DNA of 64,000 nucleotides, from contig JAYWIR010000042.1 in the NCBI GenBank assembly GCA_036172245.1, positions 434,001-498,000 of the forward strand, written 5' to 3'. The translations under genes were made by a program, and so were the position numbers. Below, in pieces: positions 39,601 to 51,344 of this stretch. Under the pieces are notes generated by a model. The model saw nothing but the letters and a program-made list of their open reading frames with translations. It ran no database searches and had not been told where the DNA came from. This DNA comes from Raillietiella orientalis (lineage: Eukaryota). Position 1 is the first letter of the stretch. Every line of letters begins with the position of its first letter.

Positions 39601-42600
39601 GGGCTCTGCTGCCAAACAACTCCAAGCGCCAATTCCATTGGCAGAAGTCTCTTGGAAGCAGAGATTCCCTTAAGAATGAACTCAGTTGCCTCTTCCTCTC
39701 AGTTGCCAGTCTCTTCGTTCGATGGAAAGGCGTCCCAAGAGCGCAGGTGACCTTTTCCATAGAAAGGCCGACACAGTTTCCGTCAACTCGATGGTTGCCT
39801 GGTGCGGGAGTCTCATCATGCACCAAGGAAACAACAAGTCTTTTTTTTTTTTCCTCGGAATACCAAAGGAAATGCAAGTTTCAAAATTCATGGGACGTTT
39901 TCTGTCGGTGTGTGGTTGTCGTATTGAGTCATAAGGAAAGAAAGAAGTGGGAACCTCCGTGAGGTGAGCAAGCAGGAAGTGAGTGGATCTCTCTCTGAAG
40001 ACCGTGCGATGGGAAGGTCACTAGACGCCTAGTCATCTCAGAAGGGGACTTCCTCAAGGGAGTGCTGAGACAAGCAAAGCGCGTGGTCAACGTCGACGAC
40101 CAGCTCATCTCAACAGCTGCACCAGAAAAGTAGGCTGCTGCTGGAGTGCTGCAAAAGCGACACCCTTCTCTCGCTCTCCTCCTCACCTGTGTCGCCTGGC
40201 AACCAAAACATGGAACACCAACCTTGGAAGCGGGGTTTTTGAGGCCGGCTGAGCGAGGCGAACACCCGCTCCAGGACTGCAATTCCACACGAACTCAGAA
40301 GCCTTCCATCCCCCTCTGGAGTCGGGAGATCGATGGCTGTGTGAAGCTCTAAAGGGCTGACCAGTTTGGGCAATTTTCCAGAGAGCAGAAGCAGCTCCTT
40401 CTAAGAGGAACATTCGTGGGGAGATCGAAGGGATGCAGAACCCTCCAAAAGTGATTTTTGTTCCAGAGTGTTCGAGTTCATCGTGGAGTACTGCGAAGAG
40501 AAGAGCAGCTACATCCCACTTTCCTTCGTCCTGGGATTCTACATCACCATCGTGATGGACCGGTGGTGGAGCCAGTTCCTTCTGATACCCTGGCCGGACA
40601 ACCTGGCCATCTCAGTTACCACCGTGATTGAAGGACAGGTTGGCAGGAGGGAATTAGCTGTTTCCAGGACACCGCGGCTACCGAAGGACGACCGTTGCCG
40701 GCTTCTACGAAGAACCATCATGCGGTACGTCCACGTCGGCTTTATCCTTGCTTTTCGAGATCTCAGTACGGGAATGAAGAAGAGGTTCCAGTCGTTGCAG
40801 CATATTGTCGATGCAGGTACGTCCCCATCTTCACCACCTCCGCATTCCGCTGCTGAGAAAAGAGTGAGAGCGGGAGTGGCTCTCTGTCCGTCTGATTTCT
40901 TTCTGCTGAGGAAAGAAGGAGAGCGAAACTGAGTGAAAGACAGGGTTATTAGAAGAGGGCGGCGTTCAGAGCCTTCAAAAGTGACGGAAGAAAGGAAAGA
41001 GCGCTGCTTCTGAAATACTGAACACTCGATAGGATCACCTACAGAAGAACAGGAGGGAAGGTACGGGATCCAGATCTAGTACCCTGAAGAAGGCTGGCAG
41101 AGGTCTTCTAGCCGGAGACATCTCTGCAAGTTCTGAGGATCATTGACCTCTTTGCTGATGATCATTCTCAATTAGCTCCCTGGCGCTGAGTCCAAGTCTA
41201 CTTCCCTCTTAGACGTCATAGCGATTGCAGTTGCGATTGCTACTGCTTCTCTCTTCATTGCTGTGGTCTTTGTTCCTCTGGTCGCTTCTGTGGTTTCTGC
41301 CGCCACTATTGCCATCGTTTTCGTTGCACTTGTCATTTCCGTTGTTCCTGTAGTCTTCCTTCCTTTCCTTGGTTGTTTGCTGTCATCTTTCCCGAGGCTG
41401 CTGCTATGGGTGTTGCCGTTTCTACTTTTTCTATCTTTGTCGGATGATCAGCTCGCTGATCCATGGATCAGTTTCCAGAGCTCCAGGGAAGGATGCCGGA
41501 TCACTTCTGGCGCATTCAGTGCTTTCAAAGAATCCGAAGAGCTCTGGGCTTGGCAATCAAGTAGACAACCTTGCTCAACCTTTGTAGGCAAGCAGGGCAT
41601 GCAGTGAAGACATGAAAGAGGGAGGAGACAGTCGGCATCGCGTCTGTGGACGCGGTGCACATCCTGTCAGTTCTCTCGCCGAAACTGTGGAAAGATAGAT
41701 GCGGCCCTTTGCAGGCCCCGCGGAAGCGACCGCCCTCTGCATCTTCCTGAGCTGCCTCTGGAGCGACGCGACAGAATTGCAGCAGCGAACTTCTCCTTCT
41801 TTAACTGGGACGCAACGGCGGCGGCCACTGAAAGGAGGCTCATTTCAAGCGAAAGAAAGCCGTCTCTCCGATTCTTGTCCTTAGCTGCAAGCGAAAGCTC
41901 AAGTCGCCACAGCCGTCGAGACCTAAGCCATGTGGACGTGGTCACCCAGCTGCCTCGAAGTCTTGCTCCCCGGTCGCTCCCTCCCTATCTTTCTGGACAG
42001 GCGGAAAGTAGTCGCTGGTTTTCCTGCCCTGAGAATTTCAGGAAATCTTGCCGTCTGCAGATCAGAGATGTTCTCTTCTTCTTCCCTACAAACTTGCGAA
42101 AAATCGCCTGGAAGCTTCCCAGTCTTTTTGGTACACGCGAGAGTTCTGCTTATCTCGACAACTCTCATGGAAGTTGCACTGTACGATTGATGTAGCTGTG
42201 AATCTCGGCTCCTCAGACGAAAAGCCGCGTAAAAGCAGTCACTTGGCAGGAGCACGCCTTCCAGCTCCTTTGTTTTCGCACCACTTGCCTTCAGCTCCCC
42301 TCCCTCCAGTCTGCCGGTTCCATCCAAGGTACACAAGCAGCAAGCAATCGCAGGTGTTCTTCAGGGTGATGGCGAGGTCCTCTCCATCCGTGGGGGGAGT
42401 TTACTAAGTTTTTCTTCATTCGACCTTCCTCGGAACATCTGGAAGCCGGAGTGCGGATTCTGATTTGTCAAGACCGTCGAGGAGTCTGCACTCTGGAATG
42501 CGAAGTGGCAGAGGCTACCGCTCCGTCTTCATGTGTGGCATCCTACGTCATTCCCCTTCGTGCTTCTGAGACCTCTCCTCAGGTGCCACATCCCGTGTAA

Positions 42601-45600
42601 CGAGCCAGCTACAGAGAATTCGCTCATCGGAAGATGTGCGCGGATCCTGAACAGTGCTGGAATCCTCGTGTGGACTTCGACAGTTCCATCTCGCGCGAGA
42701 GTCCCGAATTACATCGCCCGGCCACTCGTTACGCGCCGCTTGCACATGCGCGTTCTCCTCCAAAGTTCGAAGGTGATGCTCGAGAGTTTTCGACGGGGAA
42801 GAGAGGCACACGGAAAGGGGACTGCTGGAAACTTTCCCTCCGTGGAGCGGTATGAACTCTCCGATGCAGGCGGGGATGCATCTTTCCCTGATGCAATCTG
42901 GGACGACGGGAGTGAAATCGGTCACGTATGGCCTCCACCGGGATTTCCGACGCGAGCCTTCCGGAAGTGCAGGTGGAAAGAAGCGGAGTTTTGCAGCATC
43001 CACAGCACTGAGTGTAAATCTCATTGAAAAACTCAGATGGGTATTGCAGCGCTCGTCTCTCCTCCTCCTCCTACCAAGATGGAATCCTGAGAACGCAGTG
43101 CTATCACCTGATTCGAAGGTGGGTGGGCACAAACACTCCCGAATATCTCGTCAGCGTGCGGGTTCCCATGGTTCAGCCTTTCCTGCTTCTTCCTGTGACC
43201 TCGGAATCCGCCGACATTTAGCAAACCTTTCCGAAAATTCCAGGGTTTTTGCAAGAAGAGGAGATGAAGCTGCTGAAAGGATGCGAGGGAACTCCCTTTT
43301 TCGTGCCCCTCGTGTGGGCGTGCACCCTCGTCCAGAGAGCTCACCAGGAACGCTACATCAAGAGCTCCGTCCACGTGCAGGCTCTGATTGATAAGATCAA
43401 TGACTTTCGAGGATGCTGCGGGTTCAGCGTGGCGTACAACTGGATCAACGTTCCCTTAATCTACACCCAGGTAGAGATGGACTCGTTCGTTTTCCGTGCA
43501 ACAGCAGAGCAAAGCCGCGGGAGGGGGAACTCGTGCACTTCACTCTCTGTGAGCTCCGTTGCCTAGAAACGGCTACACTCCTTAAGATGTTAGCAGCGAT
43601 CGAGCGGAGGGATCGATGCTAGCGAGATGTTTCTATGGTGGTGATGATGGCAGCGGCGGGGGTGGTACGCAGGAAACCACGAGATGCAGTATATCCGGAA
43701 GACACGCGAGGATGGAAAAGTGCTGCTCCATCGTCGCCTCTTCTACCCTTCCTAACCGCTCTTCTTCTCGCCCTGGCTAAAAGGGCGCGAGGAAGCCAAT
43801 GGCGGATCTGTTCCGGCTTTGCCTCCCCAAATCTATGGAGCTGTCATTTCCAGGGGACTTCGACCACCGCGGTTCCAAGCTCCACGTTTCCGGTTCCTTC
43901 TGCTCCTCGGAGCGAATCCTCCACAAGCCAGTCCTCATCCACCGTTTGGAAGTGGAAGCATTTGCTTCCGCTTTCTGCTTGCCGTCTGCGTTCTTAGCCG
44001 GTTTCAGCTGGGGTCCCCCCCCCCCCTTCCTTCTGATTACCTCACGGGAACCACGTGGCTTGCGGCCAAGGCTAAATCGTGTCTCCGGGAGTCCCGCGAA
44101 TCAGTGAAAGAGCTGACAAGGAGTACGGAGTACTTTTCTTTAAAGATGCTGACTCGCTGCGTTAAAGATAACTCCTTTGATGTTATGATGATGAGCGACT
44201 CACCATAGGGAACTCCTCGATTGAACTTTGAACCGAAACTCAGCACAATCTGCTGCAGACTTGCTGGTTTGTGATAAATAAAGGCGGTCTGTGGAAGCTT
44301 GATGTCCATCTGCCTGAAACAAATTCTGTCATATCACATTTTTGGCGAGTGAAGGACTCAGATGCGTTTGGTTTCTCTTGAGCATCCAAACCCATCCATG
44401 AAAGGTGCTCCTTTTTTCTTGTAAGAGGTCTTGAATTGACTTCACCATTGCTGCCACAGGAGAACTGCTGAAGGCATTTCAAGACCGACCGCATGCCCTA
44501 GGACCCGCCATTAACCTGAGTCCCTTACGAGCTCCTGTTGTATGGCTCATCGCGTATCTAAAACTCCTCCCTGCTCCCTTCTTAGTTGTGTGCCTGACAC
44601 GTTGCAAGTCACAAACAGCAGCTCACTATGGTTTCTTCATTCTTCCTTGGAGCGACAACTGAGTCGACTCTCCTGAGCCGGTGTGCATCTCTAGGCTCGC
44701 TTTCGTTCTTCTTCGGATCTGTCAGCTCCTCCCGTTATTTTTTTCGGCTTTCTGGTTTTCGTGACCCATCCGAACCGAATTTTGTGTCATTTCTTAATCT
44801 GCAAAACCGAATCGCCATCTCAGTTTTTTCGAAAAACAACAAAGATTAAGAGACCCTTGAGATTCTTAACTTCTGTGTCCATCCCAGACTCATTTCGACT
44901 CCTTGAAGTACATGGGAGACAACTTTTATCGTGCATTTATCTTCGGCCTAATAATCAGACTGCAGAGAAACCAAAACATGGCCGATTAGCTGTCATCCAT
45001 ATCCAAAGAATTATGGAAGTGAAATTGAGGAGAAAAAAGTTCAAGAAAATGACCAGGATAAAATTATCCTGAAAGGGCATTGCTTGTGTTTTGTCCGGAG
45101 CCTTTGGAAGACATGTTTTTATCATTTTCTGTCCTTTGTAGATGAGTGGGCCGTAGATGGATAAGAAAAACTTCTCGATCTCGGAGTTGTGTCCTTTGCC
45201 GTCCTCATAAGATGCCACACGGGCATTTCAACCACCTTTTGACCTCCCCTGCTCCTTCTTCGAGAGCTTGCGGTTTATCGAAGCAAGAAATGAAGCACGA
45301 AAATAAGACACGCATTTCCTACTCGAGCAGTTCGCCTATCACAGGTGATTCATGCGAACGACACCTTCAGAAGTGCTTCTGCCGTAGAGGATAGAGGAAT
45401 AGCTTGCCTGCTAGCGATCACTTCTCATCTTTCACTTAGCGTTAATGAGAGACTCCATGGTGGTAGATTGCAGCTTGTACTGACATGGGATGACATGTGA
45501 AGGTTGAAGCAGCTTGATCGTTTTTGTGGTGCGGCTGCATTCTAGCAAAAGAGTCTTGCGAGACCTGCAATTAGCGCTACTCCTGTAATGAAGATAGAGA

Positions 45601-48600
45601 ATGCAAAGTAATTCGTCTGGAGGCGAAGGGGACTTTCCAGGTGATGAGACTGCGAATCCAGAAAAGTAAATAGCTTGCACGAAATCACAACCGGCAATCC
45701 AGGATGAAACAAAATAATGATCCATTCCTTCAGAGGAGTCACGATGGATACATCCTCTATTCCACTACAGGGAATTCCATGGGCTTGCAAAGAGTGAAAA
45801 ACGGTTGAGGGATCTCTGAAACGGCGGATGAATTTATTTCAATGGAAGACATGGTTTGAAAGAAGCACACGGGAGAAGCCCAGTTCCTAGTGGAAGAGTG
45901 TTCAGGTGCACCTCACTGCACCGTGTGCATCGCTCGCACACACGAAACCTACCTGTTGGTTTGCATTCCATCCTTCGTTCCAATTCTGGTAGTTTGCGTC
46001 CTCTTTGACATCCCTCCTGCGTCCCGCAGGTAGGCTTTGGAAATGCTGGGTGGGTGCTCCAACGTGAGATAAGCGACGAAGGCAGTCTTGTCACAAGGTG
46101 GTACGGGAAAACTGCTCAGTACGGGATAAGAAGGGAAGATGGCGCTGCCGGAGGCGTGAAGTGGAAACGATGTTTCAAGGGCATGCGACCACGTGAACTC
46201 GGATGTTATTCAAGAAAACACTTGGGAGACCGACCGCCATTTTCACTCAAGGAATGTTTGTTGATTTTAAGTTCGACCAACGTCTTCGTAACTGTGTTTC
46301 GTAAGTTTCCAAGTGTCCAGGAAGATCGATGACATGCCAATTTGAATAAAGCATTTCGTTGGGGGGCTGCAATAGCACTTGGCGTGGACTAAGACTGATT
46401 CCGTTGTTTTCCCTTCGATTTGTCTTTTGCAGAAGAAATGGCTATATGCTTTCTTTTCGGCTTGAAAACAAGATCTGTTGGTCATTGTGTCCACTTTCCA
46501 TCGAGCGGCATGTTTTTTTTTTTTCCCTTCCTTTCACAGGAAACACTGCCATTTCCTTAGCTCTTTTGCGTCAGTCGAACAGTTGTGGGTATCTGTGGTT
46601 CGAACTCCTTCAGCACTCTAAAATCCAGAAACCAAATCAGCCTCCGAAAATTTTCGCTCACAATCATTCGCTGGGATCAGCAATAAAAATGAAGCTGCAA
46701 ATTGCGATAATTGGAAATTAGTCGCCGCTCTGATCTGATAGATTCTAGCGTCATCAGCTTAGAGCTTCACTTAACTGTCACGAGGCTAATGGGATAAATT
46801 TGCCTCTAATGTGTGCTGAAGAATTATGTTGCCCGTGCTATCCTTGTCTCCTCACTAGTGGTGGAACTTTGCTCAGTGTTTCATAAGTATGTTTCCGGCA
46901 GTGCCAAGTCTACCATTCAAAGACGTCTGCCCTTTCAAATTCAAATTTCATGATTCCCTCATCCATCCCAACGAAGCCAAATGGTCGTTATCGGCTCCTT
47001 TGTTTGCATCGGGAGATGAGCTTTAATACATCTGTGATGTCTCGCCTGAATGCTCTTCCCTTTTGAATCAGATACCCCCTGGGGAAAGTAGTATTTTCAC
47101 ATCAGTAAAAGATCTTTTTGTGCTGACGGCATCCGGCAGATAAGCTTGAGGACATCTTCGCCTTTATTGCTCCAGATTTCAAACAGCATTAATCTGCCTG
47201 GATACTCAGCTAGCACCAAAAAACGGTCGGGGAATGCTTAAATGCTGATGATCATCATTATCCTTTCGATTTTGATGATCTCTCCGAGTTTGCCGTTGTC
47301 AGCTTCTTCCGAGTTTGCTACTCGCTTTGTCTTCCAGTTAATGAACAGATTTGTCGCCGCAGTCTCAGGGTCGTGAAGTCAGGGGGGGTTCTCGAGCAGT
47401 TTGGAGGCCAACGGCGATCCTCTGGTTTTCGAGGACGGAGCGAGCAAGAAATGTCCGAACGAGCATCCTACTTAGCAGATGGGATGAAAAGTTATAGTTT
47501 CAGGGGGCTCGGATACGTTGACAAAGACACACAAAGACGAAGCAAACAACGCGATAAAGGAGCGAATCGGAAGTACGGCTTTCCATGATGTGAACTTGGA
47601 AACCCTTGGCTACCGTTTACAGCTTGCATCTCTCAGCTCTAGGACTAAGAAATAGCGTTTGCATCTCCATTCACCCACCTCGCTGCCTGCGATTTCATAG
47701 ACATTTGTACCATTTCGTGTGGTTTATTATACGCAGATACTGCATCTGAAAAGTGTGTTCTTGTGAAAAATAACAAACTAATTTTCCGGAATTTCTCATC
47801 CGAAAAAAAGATGACATGCATATTTATACTCCAGGTTTCCTGCCTTTTTTTTTTTTTTTTCCTTCTGTTGAATTTGAGTGCTTCTTTGCTCGTAGTTTCT
47901 CAAAGTTCTTTTCCAGGTGGTGACTCTGGCCGTATATTCGTTTTTCCTGTCTTGCCTTATGGGAAGGCAGTTTGTTCATTCTACCAAGAAGTATTCAAGC
48001 AATCCGGTGGATATCCAAGTCCCAGTTTTCACCATACTGATGTTTCTGTTTTACATGGGGTGGCTGAAAGTAGCTGCCACATTAGTAAACCCATACGGAG
48101 AAGATGATGACGATTTCGAAATCAATTACCTCTTGGACAGGCATCTTACAGCAAGTATAGATTCTGTTTCCCTTTTCTAGGCATAGTAGAGTACGTGAAC
48201 GGGGAGAAAGGATGCTGTTAGCGTGAAGAATTATCCGACCTCCGGCAAAGAAACCGCGAGATCCTTCAATAGCGATTCTACATAACGGCAACGACCCTTG
48301 ACTATCCCTAAAAGGTGCTAATGCGATTTCCACCTTCCACGCCTGTTTTCCGAAAATGTCTGCACCTTCTGGTTGGTTCATCCGAAGTGGTCTCAGCATA
48401 CGAACGTCATTCATGTCAAACGAAGCTGCCGACCTGCACGTGGCATAATTAAAATTTTTATCTTGGAATCCAACCAAACATATAAGCAAAAGTGGAGAAT
48501 CGACTTCACAGTCGAAGACAGTAGGAGATTTCAAAAACTCGGGCTCTTTCTGTAGCGAGCATTCTGTGGAAACCACTCTTCTCATGGATCATTAATGCTG

Positions 48601-51344
48601 AATGTTTGTCTTCATTTGTTTTCTCTTCTTGCTAATCATGGACTTACGCTTCTTCCCGAAATGATTTGAGAGGCAACGATGGCAAACAAAAATGCCATCA
48701 AACGGATTCCAATAAAAGTGGATTGCATACAAAGTGTGTATACAAAATGTACGAAGGATTCAGTCTTTCATGTTGTTCGAAGAAAGCTAAAGATTTTCGA
48801 ACCATACGGTTGAGATAGGGCTGAGCCATACTGTGGCTGAAGAGGAGTCTCTTACACAAAAGGTTGCGAATCCGCACTCCTACTGGATGAGAAGATGACG
48901 AATAGATGGTGTGGCCAGACTCTAGATGTATCAGCATGCCTTTTTTGCCCACTCACTGTGAGCAGAGGAACGGCGAGGTAATTTACTTCAGATGCAAGAA
49001 AGAAAAGAAAAGAGAAGCGAAATGGGACAAGTCACAGCAGCAAAAGAATGAGCATTCTCATTAATGAGGTGGAAAAGAAGTCATGACGAACAAACACTGA
49101 GGAAGATCTCATCTGTTTAGGCAAGCTCACTGAGAAGCGGAAAGGGAAGGACGGCCATCGTCTCCAACGTCTTTGAATTTCGAGATGGTTAGAAGGCTTT
49201 ACGCCCAGGCACTTTTGACCTGTCTAAACTAGAGAGGACACGAAATCCAGGAATGCTTACATCAACAAGGACAGTCAGTGCTGATTCAGTAGTTAAGGAA
49301 AAGCCGCGGCAATCCTGAAACATGCTTGCTGTCTGAAAACAACGAAACTTCCTATTGGATTTAAAGTTTGGCGGAGGTTTCCGTACACAGGAAGGAAAGG
49401 ACAAAGAAGCCGCTGTGCTCGAAGGATCGAGTCCGAATCTTCCGTGCCAGTTTCACAAATGGTTCGGACTGAGCGGATGCCTGCAGGACGGTTTCTATTG
49501 ATGGACACTCATGGAGGAATTTGCGCTGGAACCATCTCAACTCTGGGGTTCCTGAGAAGATTAATCGTAATTTTCGAGAATCCCCACAACATGTGGGCAT
49601 ACTCTGCAATGGGCACAAGGGGACTCGGATGGAAAACCTCACTTTCTTGGATGCCATCGAATGAGAGTTGTTTCGAAGGTCTGGTTCCATCGAAGCAGCT
49701 TTCCGAATCAGAAGAGGCACAAGAAAACCTCCAAGGAAGCTATTGGGAAATGTGCTCTACAGACGGAGTGCCAATGAGGTGCTGCTCGGGTAGTAAGCAG
49801 AGTGTTCGAAGCTTACACTCGCATGAAAGCAAATAGATGAGGGCTTCGACACGGATTGATTTCCATGGTTGCAACAACGGAAAGCAAGCACGTTCTCGGT
49901 TGCCGAGGCTCCGTGGGCGAGGAAAATAATCCATCCCTAGGAGTTATCTAAAGCACAGGAGATCACTTGTGCGATCGTGGTGTGAGTGATTTTCCGACCG
50001 CTAGCACAGGCCTGTTCTACGAAACAGGTTGTACAATTGGTCTAAAAGTGAAACTCGGTAAGTGGATAGGGGCGAGTGCCAGAGTAAATAGCAGTACTGA
50101 TCATGGAGACACTTCGAATTAGTCACGCGAGCTTCTGGGAATGCAGCTGAAAAATTACAGCATGCAGTAAATTTCTTGGGGGAAAAAAAAACGTCACTTC
50201 CGGATGAAGGTAGGAGAAATAGGTTCTGGCGTTCACTCTGCTATCAAAGGAGCTCTTGTGGATTACGGTGCAAAGGGAACGCTCATTTGCTGGAACTGGA
50301 ATTTCCTGAAAGCAGGGCTGGAGGAACGTAAGGCACACTTCGAGAGGTTAGGAGACGAGGTGCCATCTGCAAATCGTGGAAGTCCATAGGTGCCGCGCCT
50401 TTAGAGAAGAGTTCAAATGAGAAGAAATAGAAGGCCTGTGCAAAACTCGGGACTAGACTGGTGTTAGCCTATTTTTTTTCTTAGGCGGCTGACCTCACTG
50501 CTGCTCAGGAGTGCAAGGGTCAAGGTGCAGAGTTTCAGCGAAAATCCTGCCATCGTTGTCAAGATATCGATCTCTTGTGACGGAGATCATTTCAGTACAA
50601 ACTCCAAACCCACACCCAAAAGAAACTCTTCTGCACGCCGCAGAGCCCTAGGCATGTTTCTTAGAAGGAATGGTTGAGAGAAATTCGACTTCCTAAGCAA
50701 TAATTACATTTAAGAAAATCAGTTATGTCATTATAGAGTGGCACCGAAAATCCGTCGCTTTAATCAATGTGTTGTTCACGTCTACAATAAGCAGACCATT
50801 TAAGTTAGGTACGAGAGATAAAGCAAACCTTCGGAATCAAAGGGCGGGCGGCACTAGGGGGGTTTGGACCCTCCGTTTCGCACCTGGAGGTTTTCTCGGC
50901 AAATGAAACCGCAACTGTGAGAAGGGAAGCAAGGCGGATTGCTGATGAGCGTGGGTCCTCGTTATGGAGTCCTCTTGAGCGGTAGCTGAGCAGCCGTTAG
51001 GGCGGGAACAAAGAGTGATCCAGCTGAACAGGACTTGCGCCTCGCCTGACTTGTTTCACAAAAGTCCCGTTTCCAGGTCTCTTACATGATTGTCGACGAA
51101 ATGCACGATCACCACCCGACTCTCATAAAGGACCAGTACTGGGATGAGACGTACATGGAAGACAAGCAGAGGTAAGGAGGCAACCACGGCGAAGAGAGAA
51201 TGCGAATGAGAGCTCCGATGCAGCACGCTTCAAGGCAGCTTGCCGGAATGGATGATGTCACCGTTCACGGAAAGCTTCAGCGTGCACTCAGTTGAAAGCA
51301 GCAAAAGGAGGAAAGCGTCGGAGGACAAGAGAAGGAGATTTTCG
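30565..51344 (+). CDS. BEST: Bestrophin family anion channel, multi-exon (30565-30632, 37965-38075, 40467-40638, 40687-40816, 43244-43470, 47917-48150, 51077-51171, 51224 or 51239-51344; 3' end unresolved)
   Basis: Exons join in frame (phases 2,2,0,1,0,0,2) and give MTVTY...[24 protein letters not shown]...[69 protein letters not shown]...KDQYWD. Confidence 0.93.
33430..33720 (+). mobile_element. LINE APE endonuclease fragment in bestrophin intron 1
   Basis: AGDFN...RMDRYLFS...KSDDQLLLL matches the GDFN / R.DR / SDH pattern. Confidence 0.55.
34440..35345 (-). mobile_element. 5'-truncated RLE-type non-LTR retrotransposon (Utopia/NeSL group): CCHC finger plus restriction-like endonuclease
   Basis: SQGKAV...[73 protein letters not shown]...[24 protein letters not shown]. 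Confidence 0.85.
37965..38075 (+). CDS. BEST: Bestrophin exon 2 (TM1)
   Basis: ctttatag|[39 protein letters not shown]|gtaag. Confidence 0.9.
40467..40816 (+). CDS. BEST: Bestrophin exons 3-4 (40467-40638 and 40687-40816, split by a 48-nt intron)
   Basis: FEFIVEYC...[26 protein letters not shown] and [14 protein letters not shown]...[14 protein letters not shown]; ttccag acceptor, G|gtac donor. Confidence 0.92.
41900..43020 (-). mobile_element. L1/Tx1 RT relic in bestrophin intron 4
   Basis: [30 protein letters not shown] followed by LD, RQ and FYA remnants in RT order. Confidence 0.45.
43244..43470 (+). CDS. BEST: Bestrophin exon 5
   Basis: ttccag acceptor; GFLQEEE...FVPLVWA...[19 protein letters not shown]|gtag. 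Confidence 0.92.
43700..45800 (-). mobile_element. LINE endonuclease/RT fragments in bestrophin intron 5
   Basis: [38 protein letters not shown]. Confidence 0.45.
47917..48150 (+). CDS. BEST: Bestrophin exon 6 (TM3-4, acidic Ca2+ clasp)
   Basis: [19 protein letters not shown]...[34 protein letters not shown]; ends at a GC donor (gcaagt). Confidence 0.92.
48900..50400 (+). mobile_element. Decayed LINE RT fragment in bestrophin intron 6
   Basis: KWDK...KN and SLNFE remnants; A-rich strand; weak. Confidence 0.28.
51077..51171 (+). CDS. BEST: Bestrophin exon 7
   Basis: tttccag|[33 protein letters not shown]|gtaag. Confidence 0.9.
51224..51344 (+). CDS. BEST: Probable bestrophin exon 8 (C-terminal tail)
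   Basis: Phase-2 cag acceptors ending at 51223 or 51238 both give ...[18 protein letters not shown]...; strong donor gtgagt at 51345; homology is weak. Confidence 0.5.

Noticed and set aside
41263..41607. Hydrophobic 114-aa ORF inside bestrophin intron 4
   Set aside because: Antisense of a low-complexity charged stretch; no ATG start, no family motif, and not needed for the bestrophin frame.
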